A stretch of 64,000 bases of DNA from an uncultured Methanosarcinaceae archaeon. Lineage in GTDB: Archaea > Halobacteriota > Methanosarcinia > Methanosarcinales > Methanosarcinaceae. The stretch is taken from the NCBI GenBank assembly GCA_963847185.1, contig CAWJYV010000007.1:224001-288000 (forward strand). Direction: 5' to 3'. Below are positions 29,910 through 40,263 of this stretch, piece after piece; positions within the stretch are counted from its first letter, which is position 1, and the number at the start of each line of letters is the position of its first letter. Made by a program: the position numbers and the translations under genes. The notes below the pieces were generated by a model. The model made no database searches. It saw nothing but the letters and a program-made list of their open reading frames with translations, and was not told the DNA's origin.

Positions 29910-30029
29910 ATGAAACTGACATTGAAACATAAAAACCTTACCTTCATACTAGAAGAGCCTTCAGAAAGACTGATGATTATTTTCATCGGGCTGATTTTTG
30001 GATTACACAGTGTTTTACCTTATGTTTAA
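29910..30029 (+). CDS. Candidate 39-aa small membrane protein
   Basis: MKLTLKHKNLTFILEEPSERLMIIFIGLIFGLHSVLPYV; upstream TATA-like box at ~29622 and downstream hairpin terminator; weak RBS. Confidence 0.4.
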   Translation: MKLTLKHKNLTFILEEPSERLMIIFIGLIFGLHSVLPYV

Positions 30030-30040
30030 AAAATGGTTTT

Positions 30041-30077
30041 CCTGATTTACTTTTTATCAGGACGTTTTTATTTTTTT
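30041..30077 (+). terminator. Hairpin plus T-tract
   Basis: CCTGAT-N9-ATCAGG followed by GTTTTTATTTTTTT. Confidence 0.5.
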
Positions 30078-30717
30078 ATAAACTGCTTGCCTGCAATTTT
30101 AGCTATAAGTTCCTTTCTTAACTACTCTTCTACTAATAGCTGTTTTTCCATAGCATATTTTTTTTGCAGGCTCTCTATGTCTCTATATACCAGCTCTGAT
30201 AATTTTGGATCTTTTTCCCCTTCCATATAACGTTCAAACACAGCTCTAATCCTGGGTTCTGCCAGATGCTTATTACAGTTTATTTCAGCTATTTTTTGGG
30301 CTCTTACTTGAGCATTTTCAGGTTGATCTGGAATTGTAAGCAAGACTGCCATAGGTAAATAGAACAAATTTATACGTTCTCCAATATTTTTCAGTTGATC
30401 TTCTTTTAGTCTTATTTCCTGCTCAGTTAAATGACGAGAAAGTTCATCACGGGATCTTCATGCAGTTAATATGTTCGTGGCGATTACAAAGAACATTGAC
30501 ATCAAAATGCAATAACTGCTGTTATAAAAGCTAATAAGCTAGCATCAGGATTGCTACTACAACATTCTTTTATCAAAATCACTAAACAGAAAAAGCTTGC
30601 TAAGGCGCAAACGATTAATGGAAACCAAGAAATTACAGCCTTTAATTTATTTGCTTTTATATCAAATATTATATTTTCAAGATATCTTTCAAGCAATCCA
30701 GACACACAAAAACACAT
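30068..30717 (-). pseudogene. Fragmented membrane-anchored hypothetical gene
   Basis: ORF pieces 30502-30717 (TM segments) and 30122-30367 join through a frameshift near 30502 and a TGA; the frame continues past the TAG at 30122 to TAA at 30068. Confidence 0.5.
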
Positions 30718-31284
30718 CCGTTCTCAAACAGTCTTATAATTTATCTTATTTAGTTTTTCATTTTAATATATTCGTTATAAAAATATTCAGTTATTTTTTT
30801 CTTCTATTAAAAGCAGTTCTGCACTTATCGGAGCATGTTTCCTTTTTTGTCGATTAGTTGTCTCAAACTCTTGCTCTACAGTTCTTGCAGATCTTCTTAA
30901 TTATCTCCTTCTCATTATCTCCCTGCTGAAGCTCTCCTGGGTGCACTGGCTTGCACATCTCTGTACTCATGGACTTTTTAGGCTCTTCAGATCCCTGCTC
31001 TAATCGCCTATACTCATGCTCTTGAAGTAGGGTGCGAATATTCCTAGGGTTCCAGCTTTACTTTTCAGATCTTCTATTCTCTAGTAACAGTTTAAGCCTT
31101 TCCTACGGCACATTTCACAACTCAGGGTAACTTCTTGAGGTTGCTTTTTACAAAAAAGTAATTAAAAAGTAGAAATAATTAAAACATGATTAAAAGATCA
31201 TTAAAAAAGATATTTTCTTCAAAAAAGAGTTGTAAAAAAGATTTTTTGCTCGATTGGAAACAATCGAGCTTTATTAGTCTATAA

Positions 31285-31357
31285 CGCCCGAACCGGGATT
31301 CGAACCCGAGTCGGAGCCTCGACAGGGCTCCATGATAGGCCTCTACACTATTCGGAC
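31285..31357 (-). tRNA. tRNA-Asp(GTC)
   Basis: GTCCGAATAGTGTAGAGGCCTATCATGGAGCCCT-GTC-GAGGCTCCGACTCGGGTTCGAATCCCGGTTCGGGCG folds as a cloverleaf; 73 nt. Confidence 0.97.
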
Positions 31358-31466
31358 ACTTTAGCTCTTTTGCTACTGTTTTTTGCCCGCGTTGCGAGCA
31401 AACCTTAAATGCCTTTTTAATATATAAATGTTCCCGTTGAACTTTTTCGATCTGGGTAATTTCAGG

Positions 31467-31582
31467 TCCCGCCTCCCAGACTCGAACCGGGGACATCGCG
31501 GTGCCTGCGCAGAAATGTACGGGTAATTTTTCCCGCACGAGCCGAACTACAGCCGCGCACTCTACCACTGAGTTAAGGCGGG
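31467..31582 (-). tRNA. tRNA-Tyr(GTA) with 44-nt intron at the canonical 37/38 position (31503-31546)
   Basis: CCCGCCTTAACTCAGTGGTAGAGTGCGCGGCT-GTA-G [intron] ACCGCGATGTCCCCGGTTCGAGTCTGGGAGGCGGGA. Confidence 0.95.
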
Positions 31583-31830
31583 ACAACGCCTATTGATCCA
31601 ATGCTGCACGAAGCCACACTGCTTCAGTGCACCATCTCCATATATGGTGATGATATTTATGTTTTTCGCTGGAAGTGAGAATGAGGGTATTACTTATAAA
31701 TATTTTTCATAAATCTAGTAATTTTTTGAAAAGAGTTCTTCAACTATTTTCTTTTGACTCTTTATATATCTCTAAGAATGTATCTCTGGAAACATATCGT
31801 TATCTGGAAACGCATCACTAAGGTCAATAA

Positions 31831-31902
31831 CGTCCAAATCGGGATTCGAATCCGAGTTAGAACTCTAGAGGGATCCATGATAGGCCTCTACACTATCTGT
31901 CT
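31831..31902 (-). pseudogene. Degenerate tRNA-Asp copy; anticodon position reads CTA
   Basis: D-arm identical to tRNA-Asp and TTCGAATC intact, but acceptor and anticodon stems are mismatched and there is a 1-nt deletion. Confidence 0.8.
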
Positions 31903-31995
31903 ATGAACAATTCCTGGTTAGAAATAATAATATTAAAAACAGTGATAAAAAAGGGTATGAAAAGAACCCTGAGGTTCCTCTCGATTATTTTTTAT

Positions 31996-33192
31996 TTAGA
32001 AAGTATTCAGCTCCCCTCTGATTACCATTTCCGTGATCTTTGTCACGTTGGAAAGCCAATCGTCAATGACAGCTTCGGTTTCGGCTTTGACATTTGACAG
32101 TTTGTAGCCTTCTTTAGGAATAACCTGGGCACTTGCCACCAGGGGCTGGTCAATAGGCTTTCCTATCTGTGAGAGCAGCCTGACATAGACGTCCTGAACC
32201 TCGGGAACTGCTTTTACAATATCCCTGGCCATCTGGGTCGAGAGGAGGTTGTAGATCTTTCCGATATGATTAATCGGATTCTTCCCACTGGTCGCCTCCA
32301 TACTCATAGGCCTGTTTGGTGTGATTAACCCATTGCAGCGGTTTCCGCGTCCTACAGAGCCGTCATCTCCCATTTCGGCCGAGGTTCCGGTAACTGTAAG
32401 GAAAACACATTGCGCTTTAAGATTGTCAGCAGTGTTAATGAAAACATTTACATTCCGTTCTGTGTAGCGAGTTGAGAGCTCTTCTACATAGGTTTTCATC
32501 TCCTGAGTCATGTTGATATAACTGTCTATATCGTCAACATATTTCCCTATCATGCCACTGCATATGGTAAGGGTTATGTCGTCTCCGTCCCTGAGTCCCA
32601 TTACCTTCATATCTTCTCCTATTGCAGGCATGCGGGATTTCATGTCTGTAAGGAGTTGCCTCTCTGTGTTGTAAACAAGATTCTCAAGTTCGGAAAATGG
32701 AGCATGCCCTACCCCAAAAGAAGTATCGTTTGCAACCGGTACTCTGTCTCTTTGGAAAACATCCCTCAGGTCTGAAGATCCTGTCCCGAGTTTGCAGTCC
32801 ATGATCACATCCCTTTCAAGGTCAATGTTTACGAGTGTATTCTTCAGGTACCTGCGGGCAGCCTGGAGGGCTACAGACTCAGTGGCAAGCTCGACGCCTT
32901 CAAACTCTTTTGTGGCTCTACCCACCAGAAGGATATATACAGGCTGCAGGACTTCTCCTCCCCCAAATTTGGGGCTGGACCTGCCGGCTACGATCTGGGT
33001 TTCATCAGTGTTGTGGTGAAGTACAGCTCCACACTTGCTTATATATTCCCTGCATAGAGCGCGACTTACGGCTTCGGCCAGTCCGTCCGATATACTATCA
33101 GGATGCCCTATCCCTTTGCGTTCTACAAGCTCTATTTGTTGTTTTTCAATCGGTGTTTGCAAGAGCTCTTCCACTTTGATATTTCGGGCCAT
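31996..33192 (-). CDS. mat: Methionine adenosyltransferase (archaeal type)
   Basis: [44 protein letters not shown]. Confidence 0.96.
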   Translation of the reverse strand: MARNIKVEELLQTPIEKQQIELVERKGIGHPDSISDGLAEAVSRALCREYISKCGAVLHHNTDETQIVAGRSSPKFGGGEVLQPVYILLVGRATKEFEGVELATESVALQAARRYLKNTLVNIDLERDVIMDCKLGTGSSDLRDVFQRDRVPVANDTSFGVGHAPFSELENLVYNTERQLLTDMKSRMPAIGEDMKVMGLRDGDDITLTICSGMIGKYVDDIDSYINMTQEMKTYVEELSTRYTERNVNVFINTADNLKAQCVFLTVTGTSAEMGDDGSVGRGNRCNGLITPNRPMSMEATSGKNPINHIGKIYNLLSTQMARDIVKAVPEVQDVYVRLLSQIGKPIDQPLVASAQVIPKEGYKLSNVKAETEAVIDDWLSNVTKITEMVIRGELNTF

Positions 33193-33659
33193 TTGGATCC
33201 TCTTTTTTCAAAATCATTAAAATTTATCAGTAGCTATGGTTTTTTCGGTTTATTATTTTTCGGTCAGTTTCATCATTAATCTACTTCTCATAGCGTTTGA
33301 CCTTATTAATTCACCTGTTGCTATAACATTAATAATATTAATATTCATATCTTGGAAGTCTTTCCTTATTAAATTACTAAAGATATATAATTTTCCATCA
33401 TCTTCTATTACCATTAGTAATTTACAATCTGAAAAAAATATTTTGTTCTTTTAGCTAGTAACGCTTTGAATATATCTTTTTTTTAGAATTTGTCATTCTT
33501 TGAGTTTTTCTTTTCCATAACTTCTTTTTTGAAAGAAAATTTTCATGTATATCTTACCGTGAAGTCTATATTACACAAGAGTATTCAGAGTAAACGTTTT
33601 ATGTGGATAAACCTACCCGGGAAGGTTCCCGGCAGATTATTTATTAGAGGACGGAACAG

Positions 33660-34529
33660 ATGATTCGCATTGCAATACCCAATAAAGGGCGCCTTTACGA
33701 ACCCACAATCTCTATTTTCAAAGATGCAGGGCTTCCCGTTAGCGGCGGGGCCGAAAGTCGGAAACTTTTTGCAAAAACCATAGATCCAGATATCCATTTT
33801 CTTTTTGCCAGAGCCGCTGACATCCCTGAGTATGTACAGGACGGAGCTGCAGACGTTGGCGTTACAGGCATGGACCTGATTACGGAAAGAGGTGCAAGTG
33901 TTGAAGCCCTTTTGGACCTGAAATTTGGGAAGGCAAGCCTTGTTCTGGCTGTCCCTGAAGATTCTGATTTCCAGAAAGCTCAGGATCTGGAAGGCAAAAA
34001 AGTTGCAACCGAGTTTCCAGAAATCGCTTCCCAGTATTTTAGAAAACTTGAAGTTAATGTTGAGATCATAAAGGTCAGTGGAGCCTGTGAGATGACGCCG
34101 CACGTTGGAATTGCCGACGCAATTGTAGATATCTCCAGCTCAGGGACAACTCTGATGATCAATCATCTCAAACCCATTGACACGGTTTTCTCTTCATCCG
34201 TCTATTTGATTGCCAATAAAGAAAGTCTCAGGACAAAGGACAAAATCCTTGATATCAAAACCGCAATTGAAAGTGTTCTTAATGCAAAAAAACGGCGTTA
34301 CCTTATGATGAATGTTCCAGAAAAATCCCTTCAGGCAGTAAAAGATGTCCTTCCAGGGATGGCAGGTCCAACAGTAATGAAGGTTGAGTCAAGCAAATTA
34401 TCTGGAGAGTCAATCCTTGCCGTTCATGCTGTTGTGGATGCAGACCTGATCTTTACTATCGTAAACAAGCTGAAGAATGTCGGTGCAAGGGATATTCTTG
34501 TTGTCCCGATCGAAAGGATAATGCCCTGA
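33660..34529 (+). CDS. hisG: ATP phosphoribosyltransferase (long form)
   Basis: IAIPNKGRL, DIPEYV, ADAIVDISSSGTTL, C-terminal ACT-like domain. Confidence 0.96.
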   Translation: MIRIAIPNKGRLYEPTISIFKDAGLPVSGGAESRKLFAKTIDPDIHFLFARAADIPEYVQDGAADVGVTGMDLITERGASVEALLDLKFGKASLVLAVPEDSDFQKAQDLEGKKVATEFPEIASQYFRKLEVNVEIIKVSGACEMTPHVGIADAIVDISSSGTTLMINHLKPIDTVFSSSVYLIANKESLRTKDKILDIKTAIESVLNAKKRRYLMMNVPEKSLQAVKDVLPGMAGPTVMKVESSKLSGESILAVHAVVDADLIFTIVNKLKNVGARDILVVPIERIMP

Positions 34530-34622
34530 AAAATAAAGCGTGGAAAATAAGGTCTGGAAAATCAATTTATAATAATAAGTTGAAAGTGTTTCTTAAATAG
34601 CATTCCGGAGATGTGGCTTTCG

Positions 34623-35360
34623 ATGGTTTTTGAAGTAATCCCTGCTGTGGATATGAGAGGTGGAAAATGTGTTCAGCTTGTGCAGGGAGTGCCTGGCAGC
34701 GAGATTGTATCCCTTGACGATCCTCTTGCAGTAGCCCTTGATTGGGTCGAGAAAGGAGCAAAAACCCTGCACCTTGTAGACCTGGACGGGGCTATTGAAG
34801 GAGAACGCAAAAATGCTCCCCTAATTGAGAAAATAGTCAATGCATGCAGAAAAAAAGGAGTGCATATACAGGTTGGAGGAGGTATCCGGAGCTTTGAAGA
34901 TGCAGCTTCTCTTCTTGAGCTTGGGGTTTCCAGAGTGATCCTCGGGACCGCTGCCCTTCAGGATCCCGAACTTGTAAAAAGGCTTGCCAGTACCTTTGGA
35001 AGCTCACATGTAAATGTTGCTCTGGATGCAAAGAACGGGAAAATTTCTATCAAAGGCTGGACTGAAGAGTGTTCTCAAACTCCTGTGGAAATGGGAAAAA
35101 AGTTTGAAGATCTGGGTGCAGGCAGTTTACTTTTCACGAATATAGATACCGAAGGGCTCATGCAGGGAGTAAATCCCGTCCCTACAAAAGAACTCGTTGA
35201 ATCAGTAAGTATCCCTGTAATCGCATCCGGTGGTGTAAGTTCTTTGAAAGATCTGAAAGTCCTGAAAGAAACCGGAGCATCAGGAGTTGTGGTAGGCAGT
35301 GCTCTTTATACAGGCAGGTTTACCCTTGAAGATGCTATTGAAGTTGTCCACAGCGACTGA
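34623..35360 (+). CDS. hisA: ProFAR isomerase
   Basis: VIPAVDMRGGKCVQL, LHLVDLDGA, QVGGGIRS, IASGGV; start at MVFEV. Confidence 0.96.
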   Translation: MVFEVIPAVDMRGGKCVQLVQGVPGSEIVSLDDPLAVALDWVEKGAKTLHLVDLDGAIEGERKNAPLIEKIVNACRKKGVHIQVGGGIRSFEDAASLLELGVSRVILGTAALQDPELVKRLASTFGSSHVNVALDAKNGKISIKGWTEECSQTPVEMGKKFEDLGAGSLLFTNIDTEGLMQGVNPVPTKELVESVSIPVIASGGVSSLKDLKVLKETGASGVVVGSALYTGRFTLEDAIEVVHSD

Positions 35361-35501
35361 CTGTAGACTCGTTTTCATCTTCAGATGAAGTCATTATCTC
35401 ATTTATTAGCTCATTTCCTTTATCTTCCACAATAGACATTGACCTTTTCGAAGGCAGCTAAATACAAAGCGTTTAATAAATTTAAAGAGAATGGATGCTG
35501 T

Positions 35502-36077
35502 ATGAGAACAGGCAAAATATCCCGCGAGACAAGAGAAACCGACATCGAGCTTGAACTGAACCTTGACGGTACAGGAGCTGCAGATGTCAGCACAGGGATC
35601 GGATTTTTTGATCATATGCTTACCTCTTTTGCGAGGCATGCAGAGTTTGACCTTAAGATTCGTGCCGAAGGAGACCTTTACGTAGACGAGCATCATCTGG
35701 TAGAAGATACAGGGATAGTTCTCGGAAAGGCACTTACAGAAGCACTTGGGAATATGGCAGGAATTGCCCGCTTCGGGGAAGCCAGGATTCCAATGGACGA
35801 AGCTCTCGCAGATGTTGCCCTGGATATTGGCGGGCGCAGTTATCTTGTCCTGAAGGCCGATTTTGCTTCTATTCACGTGGGACAGTTCAGCACCCAGCTT
35901 GTTAAGCATTTCTTCGAAACTCTGGCTTCAAATGCAAAAATTACTCTCCATGCAAGCGTCTACGGGGATAATGACCATCACAAAATCGAAGCTCTCTTCA
36001 AAGCTTTTGCCTATGCCATGAAAAGGGCTGTAAAAATTGAAGGTAAAGATATAAAAAGCACGAAAGGTACTTTATGA
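35502..36077 (+). CDS. hisB: Imidazoleglycerol-phosphate dehydratase
   Basis: [36 protein letters not shown]; start at MRTGK. Confidence 0.96.
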   Translation: MRTGKISRETRETDIELELNLDGTGAADVSTGIGFFDHMLTSFARHAEFDLKIRAEGDLYVDEHHLVEDTGIVLGKALTEALGNMAGIARFGEARIPMDEALADVALDIGGRSYLVLKADFASIHVGQFSTQLVKHFFETLASNAKITLHASVYGDNDHHKIEALFKAFAYAMKRAVKIEGKDIKSTKGTL

Positions 36078-36097
36078 ACTTTTCACGTTATTAATTT

Positions 36098-36826
36098 TTA
36101 ATTCTTTTTCGTTTTTACTCTCCATTCGTTAGCGAATACGAGCATTGAGTCATGCCTGAGCTGTCCAACAAGGCAAATGTTTGTCTTTTTTGCAGCTTCA
36201 ACACCCGAATCAAAGGGCATAGCTTTGGTAGCGACAAGCGGTATTCCCGCTCTTGCGGCTTTGGTTACCATATAAGCAGGCTGCCTGCCTGTGGAAAGCA
36301 AATAATATTTTGAAATATCGAGCCCCTGAAGGAAAGCCGCTCCAACTGCCTTATCCATTGCATTATGCCTACCTACATCGACGATCTGGACTACTGGTTC
36401 TCCTTTTCTGTCTATAAGGGCAGCAAGATGGGTCCCTCTGGTAAGCCTGTATGTATCCGATTCAAGATGATCTATGCCTGCAAAGAGAGCTTCTGGCTCA
36501 AAAATATTGTCTGAATCTACGAACACCTGTTCATTCGATTTTCTTCTTTGGAAGGGCTGATCTTCCTTTTCGGTCTGGACGTGAATCTTGTTGTCTTCTT
36601 CCTCAATTTGTGTAATTTCACTGAATTTGACCGCTCCTTCTGTAATTAGATGTCCAACTGCAAGCTCTTTCAGTTCAAGTGGAGATGCAAACAGAGTGGT
36701 AAAGGCTTTCCTATTCAAAAAAAGTTTAACAGGGCATTCCCTTGCAAGTAATACTTCAATTTCTTCGGCTCTGCCATCGGAATGTAATCTTCTGGCAGGG
36801 TAAGCAGTAGTATATCTTTCAGGCAT
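36098..36826 (-). CDS. fdhD: Formate dehydrogenase accessory sulfurtransferase
   Basis: LAVGHLITEG, TRGTH, DVGRHNAMDKAVG, STGR. Confidence 0.88.
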   Translation of the reverse strand: MPERYTTAYPARRLHSDGRAEEIEVLLARECPVKLFLNRKAFTTLFASPLELKELAVGHLITEGAVKFSEITQIEEEDNKIHVQTEKEDQPFQRRKSNEQVFVDSDNIFEPEALFAGIDHLESDTYRLTRGTHLAALIDRKGEPVVQIVDVGRHNAMDKAVGAAFLQGLDISKYYLLSTGRQPAYMVTKAARAGIPLVATKAMPFDSGVEAAKKTNICLVGQLRHDSMLVFANEWRVKTKKN

Positions 36827-37029
36827 TTTTATTCCTGTACTTTGACGTGTTCATTAGAATTATTATTTGGGATTTGCTGATTATGTGTGAATTGTATCTT
36901 GCTTAGTTGAGTTAATCCCTGAAGTTTCAGTTCCAATCTGTTGAATTTCCAATCGATTTCTAAACTAATACAGAAGGGGAAAAAACCCTTGGAAGGGGTT
37001 GCTGCTGAAATTTTCAGCAGGAGTATGGG

Positions 37030-39186
37030 TTATGCTGGTGGAAGAACTATAAACTGGCCAAAAGCAATAGGATTTTCTCCTACATTCACTGTGGTAACAC
37101 TATTATTGTCTGTTGTGTCAATTACAGAGACAGTGTTGTCTCCGGAGTTTGCCACATATACTTTTGTCCCTTCCTTGTTGATTGCAACTCCCGTAGGACT
37201 GCTTCCTACATTCACTGTACTTATAACAGCATTAGTTGAGGTATCAATTACAGAGATAGTGTTGCTGTCGTAGTTAGTCACATATACTTTTGTTCCGTCA
37301 GAGGTGACTGCAACTCCCTCAGGATAGTATCCTACATTTACAGTCTCTGTAACAGTGTTTGTAGCTGTGTCAATTACAGATACAGTATTGCTGCCAGCGT
37401 TTGTCACATATACCTTTGTTCCATCCGGGGTGACTGCAACTCCAAAAGGGAAACTTCCTACAGATACCGTGGTTGTGACAGTATTTGTAGCCGTGTCAAT
37501 TACAGAGACCGTTTTACCGGGATTGTTAATTCTGCCCGAATTCGTCACATATAACTTTGTCCCATCAGGGGTAGTTGCAAGTCCTGTAGGATTGCTTCCT
37601 ACTTTCACCCTTGTTTGAACAGTGTTATTCGCTGTGTAAATTATATATACATCGTTGCTACCCCCCTGGTGCGCCACATATACTTTTGTTCCCGCCGAAT
37701 TTACTGCAACTCCCCAGGGGCTATTTCCTACATTCACGGTCGCTGTAACAGTGTTATTTATTGTATCAATTATAGAGACAGTTCCGATAGCTCCTTGATT
37801 CGCCAAATATACCCTTGTTCCGTCAGGGGAGACTGCAATTCCGGAAGGATTATTCCCTACATCAACAGTCACTATAACAGTTTTATTTGCTGTGTCAATT
37901 ACTGAGACAGTATTGCTGTTGTAATTCGTAATGTATGCGTAGGCTCTCAGGACATTGATTGTACTAAACGTCGAGTCTGTTCCATAAGAATTTGTAACTG
38001 TCTGAGTTATGGTAAATGTTCCAGATTTTGTGTATGTGTGCTTCGGGGCTTTTTCTGTTGATACAGGAGTTCCATCGCCAAAATCGTAGATGTACTTGGT
38101 TGCGTACTGTGATTTATCGGTAATCTGTATCTCTACAGGAGCGCAGCCTCTTTGAGGATTAAAACCGAATCCAGCAACAGGTAGTTTCTTAACAATTCCA
38201 CTATCAATGACACGACTGGTATCTTTGAAATTACTCCCTGCTCCCAGTTCTGCTTGTATCACTGATTTACTTATATAGAATCTCTCAAGACTCTTGTCGC
38301 CGGCAGGAAATTCAAAGTATACCGAGTATAGGCCGTTATCTGAGGTATTATTCTTAAAAAGCTTATAGTCCTCATGATCAAGGCCTGCATCTTCTGTGAC
38401 TTCATTAAAGTAAGAGTACCAGGCATCCGGATATTTCGTGATAATTGTGAAGTTGAATGAATTAATGCCTCCGGAGTCGGTACTATCATAAACAGGGGTG
38501 TTATTAAGTCCGGTAAATCTCAAGGAAGCAGATGTATCCGAAGAAATAGAGTCACTATCTCCTGATATGTTGATTAGTTGGGCCGAAAAAGTATAGTTAC
38601 TTTCGTTATTTTGGTTCTTTGCTATATTGAACGAAGGAAATTGTTTCATCAATGACCTGTTACTCTGGGAAAGAATCACGGCCCCGTTTTCGTACCTGAG
38701 GGTCTGGTCCATATATTGATTGTTATTTGAGTGATAGTTAATACCTCCACATTCCAGAATTTGATTTCCCAGGACTTGAGCTGAACCTGTAGATGTTCGA
38801 GTATTTATGGTTATGTTGCAGGGCTCCGTATTTACTGAAAGCGTTCCGCTTGATTTTGAAGGCTCAAAAACAGGGATTTCTCCTCCTCCAAGACTAAATG
38901 GAACGGTTACGGAAAAGCCATAAGCTGAAGAGTATGGGTCTGAAGTGAGAAGAGTAATCAAATCTACAGTTGATTTAAGTTCCGCCATGTTGCTCTCTAC
39001 TTCTTTCATATGCGATTCTTCAGCATCAGTTTTCCATTCGGGAACATGCTCAATCCTTATTACTGCAAATACACTAAATATAATACACAAGAGCAATACT
39101 GCCGCAATTACCGTGGCTCCTGCAGATTCCGAACTGAATAGGCTCTTTCTCGCCTTTTCCCTGATTCTGTTCTCTCTGGTTTTCAT
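37030..39186 (-). CDS. Pilin-like protein with class III signal peptide fused to PKD and YVTN beta-propeller domains (candidate tip adhesin)
   Basis: SESA/GATVIAAVLLL..VPEWK..EESH pilin-like N-terminus; YDFGDG PKD; seven YVTN repeats. Confidence 0.85.
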   Translation of the reverse strand: MKTRENRIREKARKSLFSSESAGATVIAAVLLLCIIFSVFAVIRIEHVPEWKTDAEESHMKEVESNMAELKSTVDLITLLTSDPYSSAYGFSVTVPFSLGGGEIPVFEPSKSSGTLSVNTEPCNITINTRTSTGSAQVLGNQILECGGINYHSNNNQYMDQTLRYENGAVILSQSNRSLMKQFPSFNIAKNQNNESNYTFSAQLINISGDSDSISSDTSASLRFTGLNNTPVYDSTDSGGINSFNFTIITKYPDAWYSYFNEVTEDAGLDHEDYKLFKNNTSDNGLYSVYFEFPAGDKSLERFYISKSVIQAELGAGSNFKDTSRVIDSGIVKKLPVAGFGFNPQRGCAPVEIQITDKSQYATKYIYDFGDGTPVSTEKAPKHTYTKSGTFTITQTVTNSYGTDSTFSTINVLRAYAYITNYNSNTVSVIDTANKTVIVTVDVGNNPSGIAVSPDGTRVYLANQGAIGTVSIIDTINNTVTATVNVGNSPWGVAVNSAGTKVYVAHQGGSNDVYIIYTANNTVQTRVKVGSNPTGLATTPDGTKLYVTNSGRINNPGKTVSVIDTATNTVTTTVSVGSFPFGVAVTPDGTKVYVTNAGSNTVSVIDTATNTVTETVNVGYYPEGVAVTSDGTKVYVTNYDSNTISVIDTSTNAVISTVNVGSSPTGVAINKEGTKVYVANSGDNTVSVIDTTDNNSVTTVNVGENPIAFGQFIVLPPA

Positions 39187-39233
39187 GGCGGAACATCATA
39201 TTATTTGTTTACAGGTAGATGTAATTTGAAAGT

Positions 39234-40196
39234 TTAGCTTAAACTGATTCCAAGTTCTGCATTAACTGCGGTATTGCCAACATAAAGCCTTTTGAGATTA
39301 ATGGTGCTGTTTTCCGCAGGAAATGAAAAGGTGAGAAAGTTTTCGTTTTCGCCAGGTTCAAGAATATAATCTTCTTCTCTCAGCCCTGCCTTTCTCATCA
39401 TTTCTTTAAAATAAGCTTCCCAGGCATCTGGATAGTCAGTCTCTATTTTCAAAGTGAAGTTATTCACATTTCCATCGTACACTGAACTAAAAAAGTAATT
39501 TTTCAGACGAATTGTGCAGTCCGAGTTTGATGAAAGCGTATTCCCGGTTCCCTGAATTTCCACGGCGTTAATTAAAAACGTGTAATTTCCTGAAGAATCT
39601 TCAAAAACGCGAATTGAAGGGAAAAGCTTCATAATTGCCTGTTCTTCCTGTGCGAAGATCAGGGCTCCATTTTCATATCTGAACGCCTGATCTACATAGT
39701 ATTTATTGTTAGATCGATAAGAAATTGTGCCACAGCTGATTGTTGTTTCATTTCCGTTTGCAGGGGTTACAGTCATAATGCACTGATCTGTATTTACTGA
39801 AACAGTTCCACTGGATTTCGAGTAATCTATCAAAGGAACCTTCGGGCTTCCGGGATGAAAGGATATTGTTGTATTAACGTTTGAAATAGGGGATTTAGGG
39901 TCTTGTACGGGAATTGACATAAGGATTAATGTAGTCTGGTCTAATTTTGATTTGATCTCTGTCATGTCATTCCATGCGTCTGTCATATGGGATTTTTCAG
40001 TTTCGCTTTTCCATTCCGGCACATACCCCAGGTGAATTACGGAATAAATGGAAAATACTATCCCAAAAAGCAAAATAAATGATATAGCACTCGATGAAGC
40101 TGATTCCGATTGAATAACATAGTTAAGGAGGAGTCCGGGCACGTTACTTTTCATCTTGCTTATCTTCCCCATACCCTCTTCCTTTCCCTTTTCCAC
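39234..40196 (-). CDS. Minor pilin-like protein, paralog of the N-terminal half of the downstream gene
   Basis: SESA/SSSAISFILLF..VPEWK..EKSH, YENGA and YPDAW motifs shared with 37030-39186. Confidence 0.8.
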   Translation of the reverse strand: MEKGKEEGMGKISKMKSNVPGLLLNYVIQSESASSSAISFILLFGIVFSIYSVIHLGYVPEWKSETEKSHMTDAWNDMTEIKSKLDQTTLILMSIPVQDPKSPISNVNTTISFHPGSPKVPLIDYSKSSGTVSVNTDQCIMTVTPANGNETTISCGTISYRSNNKYYVDQAFRYENGALIFAQEEQAIMKLFPSIRVFEDSSGNYTFLINAVEIQGTGNTLSSNSDCTIRLKNYFFSSVYDGNVNNFTLKIETDYPDAWEAYFKEMMRKAGLREEDYILEPGENENFLTFSFPAENSTINLKRLYVGNTAVNAELGISLS

Positions 40197-40263
40197 GAGT
40201 TTATATTTTCTATGAGTTTATATTCCAGTCCGCAAATTCACAGAAAATTTATTTGGCTATTTT

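Noticed and set aside
30068-30124. Pyrrolysine read-through at the TAG ending ORF 30122-30367
   Set aside because: The same gene also has a frameshift and a TGA upstream, so the TAG is more simply another inactivating mutation.
30860-31150. Integrase remnant beside tRNA-Asp
   Set aside because: Coding-like composition, but manual translation gave no tyrosine- or serine-recombinase motifs; BLASTX would be needed.
31179-31586. 135-aa ORF in the track
   Set aside because: Overlaps tRNA-Tyr and tRNA-Asp on the same strand; spurious.
31831-31902. Functional tRNA-Pyl or amber suppressor
   Set aside because: Derived from tRNA-Asp, with broken acceptor and anticodon stems; kept only as a pseudogene finding.
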